NCBI GenBank assembly: GCA_900298985.1
Contig: OMHY01000018.1
Span: 1-46,714 of the forward strand
DNA length: 46,714 bases
Direction of reading: 5' to 3'
From: Streptomycetaceae bacterium
GTDB taxonomy: Bacteria; Actinomycetota; Actinomycetes; Nanopelagicales; Nanopelagicaceae
Position numbers and translations under genes: made by a program. Each line of letters begins with the position of its first letter. Positions within the stretch are counted from its first letter, which is position 1. Positions 37,370-46,714 of the stretch are shown here, piece after piece. The notes below the pieces were generated by a model. It saw nothing but the letters and a program-made list of their open reading frames with translations, ran no database searches and was not told the DNA's origin.

Positions 37370-37577
37370 TTGGAGCTCCTTTAGTAATAAAGTGTACGCA
37401 TCTAATTAAAATTACTAAAAGTAGTTATAGGGAATTAATTAGTTATATTTATGAATTTCTATAGTTTAAGAAGTTTTAAAGTTATAAAATTGCTTTCTTT
37501 TTGGAAACCATTTTTTGAAATAGATCAGAAGATTCCTTGATTTAAAAATGTTGCTAAAAAAATATTAAATTAAAAAG

Positions 37578-37650
37578 TGGAGACTAGGGGAATTGAACCC
37601 CTAACCCCCGCCTTGCAAAGGCGGTGCTCTACCAATTGAGCTAAGTCCCC
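37578..37650 (-). tRNA. tRNA-Ala (anticodon TGC)
   Basis: Hand-folded. The acceptor GGGGACT/AGTCTCC carries the G3:U70 alanine identity pair. The anticodon arm is CCGCC-TTTGCAA-GGCGG. There is no encoded CCA. Confidence 0.92.
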
Positions 37651-37729
37651 ATTTGGGTATTAAGTTGTGTTACAACTCGCGAATACTACTAGAACTTTTT
37701 TATCCAAAAGTTGTGGTGGTATTTGCTTG

Positions 37730-37804
37730 TGGGCCTAGGTGGACTTGAACCACCGACCTCTTCCTTATCAGGGAAGCGCTCTAACCAGGCTGAGCTATAG
37801 GCCC
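37730..37804 (-). tRNA. tRNA-Ile (anticodon GAT)
   Basis: Hand-folded as acceptor GGGCCTA/TAGGCCC, anticodon arm CTTCC-CTGATAA-GGAAG and T arm GGTGG-TTCAAGT-CCACC. It lies directly downstream of gyrA, as in other Actinobacteria. Confidence 0.92.
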
Positions 37805-37887
37805 AATTTCTTGGGAGGGTAAGGCTACTAGATATTGGGAAAACCCCCAAAATTTAGCGGTTTTTAACGTACTTAATAATCCTCTTT

Positions 37888-40365
37888 TTAATCTTCATCT
37901 TCTCTTTCAACTACTTTGGCAATTGACACAACTGTTACACCTTCATTTAGATTTACTAACCGCACACCTAAAGTATCACGACCGCTTTGACGTATTTCTT
38001 TTACTTTTGCACGCATTACTGATCCTTCAGAAGAGATAGTTAATACTTCATCACTATCTTCAACTACTAATGCACCAACTAACAAACCACGTGCATCTTC
38101 ATCAATTTTTGCTGCTTTCACACCTAGACCACCGCGACCTTGCGCGCGATATTCCTCAAGAGCGGTTCTTTTAGCAAAACCAGCGTTTGTGGTGGTGAAA
38201 ATATATTTGTTTGCTTCGGAATTGGTTATTGAAACCATTGACAACAATTCATCGCCTTTTCGAAACTTCATTCCAATTACACCACTAGTAGATCTACCCA
38301 TTGATCTTAAGGAGTTTTCATCTACAACAAATCTCAATGACATTCCTTTTTTAGATACTAATAAGATTTCATCATTGTCTTTCAATACACTTGCGGAAAC
38401 AACTTCATCACCTGTTTTCAGATTTATTCCAATCAATCCTCCAGAGCGGGTAGAGTCATATTCAGAAAGTGGTGATTTCTTTACTAAACCAAATTTAGTT
38501 GCAATTACTAAATATGGAACTTCTTCATAGTTTTTAATTGAAATTACCTGTGCAATTTGTTCATCGGGTTTAAATGCTAAAAGATTTGCCACGTGTTGAC
38601 CGCGTGCATCTCTACCCGCATCCGGTAATTCATGAACTTTAGCTCTATAAACTCTTCCTTTATTAGTAAAGAAAACCAACCAATCATGTGTAGAGGCCAC
38701 AAAGAAATGCTCTACTATGTCATCTTCACGAAGAGCAGCTCCTTTAACTCCTTTACCACCCCTTCTTTGAGATTTATAGGCATCAACTTTGGTTCTTTTG
38801 GAATAACCGGTTTTAGTTATAGTTACCACAACATCTTGGTTGGGAATTAAATCTTCCACCGCCAACTCAGTATCGCCTAGAATAATTTGAGTTTTGCGCT
38901 CATCACCATATTTATCTCTAGTCTCAGCGAGCTCAGTTTTGATTATTTCTCGCTGTTTATCCTCACTTACTAGGATCTCTTTTAATTCTTTAATTTCTCT
39001 CATTAACTGATCATATTCATCTTGAATTTTTTGTCTTTCTAATGCTGCCAATCTACGCAACTGCATATCTAAAATTGCATTTGCTTGAATTTCATCAACT
39101 TGAAGTAATTTAATTAAACCATCTCGAGCTTCTTCTGTGGTTCTGCTTGCTCTAATCAATGCAATTACTGCATCCAGCGCATCAAGCGCTTTTAGATATC
39201 CAGTTAAAATATGAGCCCGTTTTTCTCTTTCTTTTAATCTGAAATTAGTGCGGCGAATAATTACTTCAATCTGATGCTCAATATAGTATTTAATAAATTC
39301 ATCTAAGCGAAGTGTTCTGGGTACTCCATCAACTAGAGCCAACATATTTGCGCCAAATGAATCTTGTAATTGGGTATGTTTATATAGGTTGTTGAGTACA
39401 ACTTTTGGAGTAGCATCATTTCGCAAAACAATAACTAACCTTTGTCCTAAACGTTCATTTCCTTCATCTCTAACATCTGCAATACCTTTAATGCGGCCAT
39501 CTTTAACTAGCTCTGCAATTTTTAAAGCAAGATTATCTGGATTTACTTGATAAGGAAGTTCAGTAATTACTAAACATGTACGTCGATTAATTTCTTCAAT
39601 CTCCACAACAGCTCTCATAATTATGGAACCGCGCCCGGTGCGATACATATCTTCAATACCTTGGCGACCAATAATTAAGCCTTTGGTGGGAAAATCAGGG
39701 CCTTTAACTTTAGTTAATAAAACACTTAGTAATTCCTCAGTTGAAGCCTTTGGATTTTCTAATGACCAAATCACACCATCAATAACTTCTTTTAAATTAT
39801 GTGGTGGAATATTTGTGGCCATACCAACAGCAATTCCGGCGCTGCCATTAACTAATAAATTTGGAAATCTAGTTGGTAGAACTAGAGGTTCTTGGGAGCG
39901 ACCATCATAATTTGCAACAAAATCAACGGTATCTTCATCAATATCTCGCATCATTTCCATTGCTAATGGGGCCATTCGGGCTTCGGTATAACGCATTGCA
40001 GCGGCTGGATCATTTCCGGGTGATCCAAAGTTTCCATTTCCATCAATTAATGGATATCGCAAAGACCAACTTTGAGCTAAGCGAACCACAGTGTCATAGA
40101 TAGCTGAATCGCCATGTGGGTGATATTTACCCATTACATCACCAACAATACGAGATGATTTGTAATAACCTTTATCAGGTCGATAACCCGCTTCAAACAT
40201 GGAATATAAAACTCTGCGGTGAACTGGTTTTAATCCATCTCTTACATCTGGAAGTGCACGACCAACAATTACACTCATTGCATAATCAAGATATGAGCGC
40301 GCCATCTCATCTTTAAGATCTACGCGTTCAACTCGATCTCTTTGATTTTCGTTTTGAGTGTCCAA
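37888..40365 (-). CDS. gyrA: DNA gyrase subunit A
   Basis: 825 aa. Contains [27 protein letters not shown] and the active-site AAMRYTE. TTG start with AAGGAA upstream. Confidence 0.97.
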   Translation of the reverse strand: MDTQNENQRDRVERVDLKDEMARSYLDYAMSVIVGRALPDVRDGLKPVHRRVLYSMFEAGYRPDKGYYKSSRIVGDVMGKYHPHGDSAIYDTVVRLAQSWSLRYPLIDGNGNFGSPGNDPAAAMRYTEARMAPLAMEMMRDIDEDTVDFVANYDGRSQEPLVLPTRFPNLLVNGSAGIAVGMATNIPPHNLKEVIDGVIWSLENPKASTEELLSVLLTKVKGPDFPTKGLIIGRQGIEDMYRTGRGSIIMRAVVEIEEINRRTCLVITELPYQVNPDNLALKIAELVKDGRIKGIADVRDEGNERLGQRLVIVLRNDATPKVVLNNLYKHTQLQDSFGANMLALVDGVPRTLRLDEFIKYYIEHQIEVIIRRTNFRLKEREKRAHILTGYLKALDALDAVIALIRASRTTEEARDGLIKLLQVDEIQANAILDMQLRRLAALERQKIQDEYDQLMREIKELKEILVSEDKQREIIKTELAETRDKYGDERKTQIILGDTELAVEDLIPNQDVVVTITKTGYSKRTKVDAYKSQRRGGKGVKGAALREDDIVEHFFVASTHDWLVFFTNKGRVYRAKVHELPDAGRDARGQHVANLLAFKPDEQIAQVISIKNYEEVPYLVIATKFGLVKKSPLSEYDSTRSGGLIGINLKTGDEVVSASVLKDNDEILLVSKKGMSLRFVVDENSLRSMGRSTSGVIGMKFRKGDELLSMVSITNSEANKYIFTTTNAGFAKRTALEEYRAQGRGGLGVKAAKIDEDARGLLVGALVVEDSDEVLTISSEGSVMRAKVKEIRQSGRDTLGVRLVNLNEGVTVVSIAKVVEREDED

Positions 40366-40375
40366 TTAATTTCCT

Positions 40376-42343
<1,968 letters not shown>

Positions 42344-42515
42344 TTAACTGAAAACAAAAAATCTCTAAAAACAAACCTGGGTCTTTTTTGTTAAATACTG
42401 GGTAAATCCTAGTGGTTATTTAATGCTCTGACTACCTCTAAATTAGCCTTAAAAGCGGGGTATGTCTAACTAAAACTAAAGAGTTGATAGGGAGATGTGC
42501 ACTTTAGTTATTTTC

Positions 42516-42992
42516 TTAAATATAAGTGTCTCTTACCCCTTTTGCATCACGGGTGGAAAGTAATCCTTTTTTCCAAGACTTTGATCTAGGTGGTGTGATT
42601 TTAAGTTCTTCCACTAACACCCCAGCCTCAGATTTTTGGATTGTTTTTAACAACTCTTCTTTCATTAAATTAAGTTGAACTGACCAGGCGGTAGAGCTGG
42701 TTTGTATTGATAATAAACCTTCAAACAAAGAGATCGGCGCTGAGTGTTCTGCAATCTCTTTCCCTACCACCTCTACCCAATTAGTAAATAAATTGTTTTG
42801 AGAAAGTTGCTTCTTCCACTCTGGGTTGTTTTGAATTTCAGATAAAGCAAAACTTAGTGATTTTGGATCTTCTAGTTTTTCTCTTTCGTTATCTTGAAAA
42901 GAGTTGGATTTAAAGAATTTCTTTATTTTTTCACCAGAGTCTCGGTACATCTTATATTTATTGGTTGCAAAATCATTACTCATTATATACAC
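42516..42992 (-). CDS. dciA: DUF721 protein (DciA-like, position equivalent to M. tuberculosis Rv0004)
   Basis: 158 aa. WVEVVGKEIAEHSAPISLFEGLLSIQTSSTAWSVQLNLMKEELL matches the DUF721 core. Sits between recF and gyrB. The track start is GTG 42992. ATG 42983 (MSNDF) is equally plausible, and both overlap the recF 3' end. Confidence 0.8.
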   Translation of the reverse strand: MYIMSNDFATNKYKMYRDSGEKIKKFFKSNSFQDNEREKLEDPKSLSFALSEIQNNPEWKKQLSQNNLFTNWVEVVGKEIAEHSAPISLFEGLLSIQTSSTAWSVQLNLMKEELLKTIQKSEAGVLVEELKITPPRSKSWKKGLLSTRDAKGVRDTYI

Positions 42993-44079
42993 CTAAATTA
43001 GAAATTTTCCCATTTAAAACATCAAATTTATTAAAGTTGAGGTTTTTTGGTATATCAGCCGCAACTGCGGTAGTGATAAAAGTTTGTTTGGTGTTATTAA
43101 TTATTTCTACTAAATGTTTTCTTCTATTGTCGTCTAATTCTGCAAAAACATCATCTAATATTAAAATCGGTTCAATATCTAACATTTTTAAATAATGAAA
43201 TGTTGCTAGCTTTAAGGAAAGTGCAATTGACCAAGATTCGCCATGACTGGCGTACCCCAAAGCGGGAAAATTATTTAGCTCCAGAAATAAATTATCGCGG
43301 TGTGGTCCAAATAAAGTTATTCCTCTTCTTTGCTCTTCATAAAATTTGATCTGAGCATATTCTTCCAATATTTTTTGGTTGTGGATCAAATCTAATCCAA
43401 ACTCTCCAATTGAACTCTCGTAATAAAATTTAGCTGTTTTGTCTTTTGATATCTCTAAATAGGAATTTTGAAAATACGGTTGTAGTTTTTCAATTAAATT
43501 AATCCGATTAGTAATTAATTGCGCCCCTAACTCAATAACTTTTTCAGTAAAAGGTTGTATTATATTAATTGCTAATTGTTCTCTTAGCGCATGGTTTCTC
43601 TGTTTCAACGCTTTTTCATAATCGTTGATAATAGAGAGGTTTTTTGGATTTGTTTGGGTTAATACCCGGTCGATAAACTTTCTACGTTCTGCGGGTTCTT
43701 TTCTTACTAAATCTAGGTCTTCTGGTGAAAAATAAACTGTTTGTAAATTTCCCACAATTTCCTGTTTTCTTTTCAGTTTTTGGTTGTTTAAAAGTGCTTG
43801 GTTAGGTCCTTCTTGATTTAAATAAACTTTAAGGTTTTGGGTGCGGTTAATGTTTTCATATTTAATTTCTATAGTTGCTTGACTTTCCCCATAATGGATT
43901 AAAGGTGTATCGGAAGCAGTCCGGTGTGATTGCAAATAAGTACTATAGATTAAAGATTCCACTACATTTGTTTTTCCTTGTCCGTTGGCGCCTAAAAATA
44001 AGTTAGGCCCTTGGGTAGGATAAATTTCTAGGCTTTTATAAGTCCGGAAATTTTCTAATTTTAAATAACTTACTTGCAC
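42976..44079 (-). CDS. recF: DNA replication and repair protein RecF
   Basis: 367 aa. Contains LENFRTYK, the Walker A GANGQGKTN, signature-like GESWSIALSLKLA and Walker B LILDDVFAELD. GTG start. Confidence 0.93.
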   Translation of the reverse strand: MQVSYLKLENFRTYKSLEIYPTQGPNLFLGANGQGKTNVVESLIYSTYLQSHRTASDTPLIHYGESQATIEIKYENINRTQNLKVYLNQEGPNQALLNNQKLKRKQEIVGNLQTVYFSPEDLDLVRKEPAERRKFIDRVLTQTNPKNLSIINDYEKALKQRNHALREQLAINIIQPFTEKVIELGAQLITNRINLIEKLQPYFQNSYLEISKDKTAKFYYESSIGEFGLDLIHNQKILEEYAQIKFYEEQRRGITLFGPHRDNLFLELNNFPALGYASHGESWSIALSLKLATFHYLKMLDIEPILILDDVFAELDDNRRKHLVEIINNTKQTFITTAVAADIPKNLNFNKFDVLNGKISNLGVYNE

Positions 44080-44082
44080 TTT

Positions 44083-45201
44083 TTAATAAGAATATTTCAT
44101 CGGCATCAACAAATAATGATAATTATCTGTTGGTTGTCCATTATTCACTTCAGCTAAGACCGCTGGTTTGTTACTCTCAGTAAAGGATATATGTACTTCG
44201 GTGGAGTTTATTGCAGTTAAACCATCTATTAAAAATGATGGGTTAAAAGCAATTTGAATTGGGTTGCCTTCAAAAGTAATTTCTAAATTTTCTGAAGCTT
44301 GAGCTTCATCTCCTCCTGCTTCTAAATCCATTACACCATCGGCGAAATTTAGTTTTAAAGGTATGGTTTTGTCTGTAACAATAGAAACTCTTTTTACACA
44401 ATCTAGGAATTTCTCGCGGTTTATCAACGCAGTAGATTTTCTTTCTTTTGGAAGTAGGTGTGAGTAAGGTGGAAATGAACCATCTAATACACGCGATACT
44501 AAAGTTCTATCTCCTGCATCAAAACCAATAAGTTTTTCTTGAGAGTTGCTGGGAGAAATACCAATAGAGATTTGATTGTTGGTTCCAAGTGATCTGGCAA
44601 TTTCTGTTAAAGTTCTAGCTCTTAATAGAGTTGCGCTATCTACATCGATTCCTTTCGGGCTCCAAATAATATTTTTCACAGCAAGCCGGTACCTGTCTGT
44701 GGCAGCGAAAGTTAAAGCGTCTTTTTCAATTTTTAAATTAACCCCGGTTAGGGTTGGTAGAGAATCATCTTTGCCTGCAGCGATGCCTACTTGGTTTACC
44801 GCTTCAATAAAATCCTCTGTTTTTAAAACCCCAGAGTTTTCAGGCAGTTTAGGTACTGGTGGAAATTCATGCACTGCTTGCGTTGGTAATGCGAATTTAG
44901 CCTTCCCCGCAACCACCATAACTTTATTGCCGTCTTGGGTTAGAGAAATATCAGTGTTGGGTAAGGTTTTTACAATTTCTGAAAGTAGCCTGCCTGGAAC
45001 TAGAACTTTTCCTTGGCGGACAACCTCACCTGGTGTCTTAGCTGTTGAAGTTGTTTCAAGATCTGAGGCGGTTAAAACTATTGAATCTGCTACTTCAATT
45101 AATATACCTAACAAGGCGTTTTGAATTGGTCTCGAAGATAAGGATTTGAAGACCCAAGAGACAGCGCTAGCTAAATCTTCTTTCTTAACAACTATCTTCA
45201 T
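44083..45201 (-). CDS. dnaN: DNA polymerase III beta sliding clamp
   Basis: 372 aa with three-domain clamp length. Sits between dnaA and recF, and the C-terminal ending LLMPMK.. is typical. SD AGGAGAGG lies upstream. Confidence 0.93.
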   Translation of the reverse strand: MKIVVKKEDLASAVSWVFKSLSSRPIQNALLGILIEVADSIVLTASDLETTSTAKTPGEVVRQGKVLVPGRLLSEIVKTLPNTDISLTQDGNKVMVVAGKAKFALPTQAVHEFPPVPKLPENSGVLKTEDFIEAVNQVGIAAGKDDSLPTLTGVNLKIEKDALTFAATDRYRLAVKNIIWSPKGIDVDSATLLRARTLTEIARSLGTNNQISIGISPSNSQEKLIGFDAGDRTLVSRVLDGSFPPYSHLLPKERKSTALINREKFLDCVKRVSIVTDKTIPLKLNFADGVMDLEAGGDEAQASENLEITFEGNPIQIAFNPSFLIDGLTAINSTEVHISFTESNKPAVLAEVNNGQPTDNYHYLLMPMKYSY

Positions 45202-45595
45202 TTCTATATCCTCTCCTAAAACCCTTTAAAACCCCAATTTTGCTTAATTCGACAACCTTTTTAGATTTATAATATTCAAGTTAGTAATAATAGGTAGTTT
45301 GTTTAGCTGTGGAAAAAACCACCTATATCTAATAACTGCAGGTCAGTAAAGCAATTTTAAATTTTTTCCATTCTTAAACCTGTGGGTGTTTTGGGGATAA
45401 ACACTTTTTTTTGGGAGGTTTGCCAAACCTTCAAAATTTGAATATTAAGTTTTCACAACCTAGGCCTAAAACATCCACCGAAACTACCCATATTTCCACA
45501 TTTATCCACAGGTTTTCCCAAGTGTGGGGAAAGCCACCTCATCCAAAAGTACTAACAGTTTTCCACAAATACCTGTGGGTAAATTGTGGATTGCT
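45202..45595. other. putative chromosomal replication origin (oriC) in the dnaA-dnaN intergenic region
   Basis: 394 nt non-coding. Includes an AT-rich stretch around 45255-45300 (ttagatttataatattcaagttagtaataataggtag). A dense cluster of DnaA-box-like 9-mers in both orientations follows (next feature). Confidence 0.75.
45308..45593. promoter_or_regulatory. cluster of DnaA-box-like 9-mers (TTnTCCACA / TGTGGAnAA)
   Basis: Read directly from the sequence. TGTGGAAAA 45308-45316; TGTGGGTGT 45381-45389; TGGGGATAA 45392-45400; ATTTCCACA 45492-45500. TTATCCACA 45502-45510 is a perfect E. coli-type consensus. TGTGGGGAA 45523-45531; TTTTCCACA 45559-45567; TGTGGGTAA 45574-45582; TGTGGATTG 45585-45593. 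Confidence 0.75.
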
Positions 45596-46714
45596 CTAGT
45601 TCTTCGCTTCAGACTTGATTCGGTTAGTAAGCTCAGTAACTTGGTTAAAAATGGATCTTCTCTCCGCCATCAATTGCTTAATTTTTCTTTCTGCGTGCAT
45701 AACTGTGGTGTGGTCCCGACCTCCAAAAGTTTGGCCAATTTTAGGAAGGGATAGCTCAGTTAGCTCCCTACATAAATACATAGCAATTTGTCTGGCATTC
45801 ACCAAAACCCTAGATCTCGAGGTACCACACAAATCCTCGATAGTTAAAGAGAAGTAGCCAGCGGTCGAAGCCATGATCACCGAGGCGGTGATTTCCGGAC
45901 CATTGGTATCTGGAATCAAATCCTTGAGCACTATTTCCGCCAAAGAGATATCAACTTTTTGGCGGTTGAGTGAGGCAAATGCCGTAACTCGAATTAAAGC
46001 CCCTTCAAGCTCTCTAATATTTGAGGAGATTTTGCTAGCTATATATTCCAAAACATCATCTGGGGCATCTAATTTATCTTGGGCAGCTTTTTTACGAATA
46101 ATTGCAATTCTAGTCTCCAACTCCGGAGGTTGAATATCTGTAATTAAACCCCATTCAAAACGAGAACGTAGTCTATCTTCCAAAGTGGTTAATTGTTTTG
46201 GTGGTCGATCACTTGAAATAACTATTTGTTTATTTGAATTATATAAAGTGTTGAAAGTGTGGAAAAACTCTTCTTGAGTTCTTTCTTTGTTTTCTAAAAA
46301 TTGAATGTCATCAACCAATAAAATATCTAAATCACGATAACGTTTTTGAAAAGAAGAAGCTTTATCATCACGAATAGAATTGATAAAATCATTAGTAAAT
46401 TCTTCACTAGATACATAACGAACCCGAACGTTTGGATATAACTCTTTTGCATAAGCTCCAATAGCATGTAATAAGTGGGTTTTTCCAAGGCCAGACTCAC
46501 CGTATATAAACAGCGGGTTATAAGCCTTTGCTGGAGCTTCAGCTACCGCAACAGCCGCAGCATGAGCAAATCTATTTGAAGCCCCAATAACAAAAGTTTC
46601 AAAAATATATCTGGGGTTAAGTGTTGCAGATGTTGTTTCGGCAGTTTTAGATTTCTCTTCAATTAAAATATTTTTACCTTCTTCATTTTTAATTTCACTA
46701 TCTAAATCTTGAAC
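45596..46714 (-). CDS. dnaA: chromosomal replication initiator DnaA, N-terminus cut by the window edge
   Basis: The track ORF (45596-46318) begins at an internal TTG. Hand translation shows the frame stays open to the window edge: ...[59 protein letters not shown]...[11 protein letters not shown]. The C-terminus carries the DnaA signature [12 protein letters not shown]. Confidence 0.95.
   Translation of the reverse strand, partial: VQDLDSEIKNEEGKNILIEEKSKTAETTSATLNPRYIFETFVIGASNRFAHAAAVAVAEAPAKAYNPLFIYGESGLGKTHLLHAIGAYAKELYPNVRVRYVSSEEFTNDFINSIRDDKASSFQKRYRDLDILLVDDIQFLENKERTQEEFFHTFNTLYNSNKQIVISSDRPPKQLTTLEDRLRSRFEWGLITDIQPPELETRIAIIRKKAAQDKLDAPDDVLEYIASKISSNIRELEGALIRVTAFASLNRQKVDISLAEIVLKDLIPDTNGPEITASVIMASTAGYFSLTIEDLCGTSRSRVLVNARQIAMYLCRELTELSLPKIGQTFGGRDHTTVMHAERKIKQLMAERRSIFNQVTELTNRIKSEAKN

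Noticed and set aside
28572-37577. Possible genomic island integrated at tRNA-Ala.
   Set aside because: By eye I found no integrase, recombinase, transposase or phage gene, and no direct repeat of the tRNA 3' end. It is kept only as a low-interest synteny observation.
44576-45124. 182-aa ORF antisense to dnaN. Similar long antisense or alternate-frame ORFs occur at 4966-5472, 19292-19669, 38189-38530, 41956-42300 and 17444-17779.
   Set aside because: Each lies wholly inside a gene that carries unmistakable conserved motifs on the other strand. Their translations are low-complexity (Ser/Thr/Leu/Pro-rich) with no recognisable domains and no SD-like sequence. They are best explained as chance open frames opposite real coding sequence.
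45386-45412. GTGTTT-N7-AAACAC hairpin followed by a T8 run inside oriC, which resembles an intrinsic terminator on the plus strand.
   Set aside because: Nothing upstream is transcribed in that direction. The stem is six mostly A-T pairs. The arms overlap two DnaA-box-like sites, so the symmetry is more simply explained by oppositely oriented boxes.
45411-45754. Two small plus-strand ORFs (62 and 76 aa) inside oriC and the dnaA 3' end.
   Set aside because: They are built from the DnaA-box repeats themselves (the HRFSQVWGKPPHPK segment reflects TTATCCACA/TGTGGGGAA read as codons). They have no coding signature.

Overview
This window reads as the origin-proximal core of a compact, AT-rich actinobacterial chromosome. 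The taxon call is inference from three things. First, the minus-strand synteny dnaA-dnaN-recF-DUF721(DciA)-gyrB-gyrA-tRNA-Ile-tRNA-Ala. Second, a TopA with GRYGPY C-terminal repeats and a lysine-rich tail. Third, the presence of MurT/GatD, an LCP protein and a dnaK-grpE-dnaJ operon. The composition and extreme gene packing resemble streamlined freshwater lineages such as acI/Nanopelagicales, but I cannot verify that without a database. I support about 45 protein-coding genes (two cut by the window edges), three tRNAs (Thr-CGT, Ala-TGC, Ile-GAT) and a DnaA-box-rich oriC between dnaA and dnaN. About four fifths of the genes lie on the minus strand, which is co-directional with a fork leaving oriC leftwards. 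Most neighbouring genes are chained by ATGA or TAATG stop/start overlaps, and several convergent pairs overlap at their 3' ends. I found no CRISPR array, transposase, integrase, rRNA, prophage or recognisable defence or toxin module. I also found no convincing undescribed multi-gene system, so the window looks like housekeeping plus transporter content. The best second-look items are: a single-ORF MFS-transporter/dTMP-kinase fusion inside a topA-tmk-holB chain; a dnaK operon with no hspR, no HAIR/CIRCE operator and a cysteine-free J-protein; a DUF1801-MORN fusion; a small membrane/coiled-coil protein translationally coupled to an MFS transporter; an ATPase-less sugar ABC operon ending in a SIS-domain gene; and the synteny break at an AT-rich spacer after tRNA-Ala. 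All functional calls come from motif recognition in the supplied translations or my own hand translation. No searches were run.
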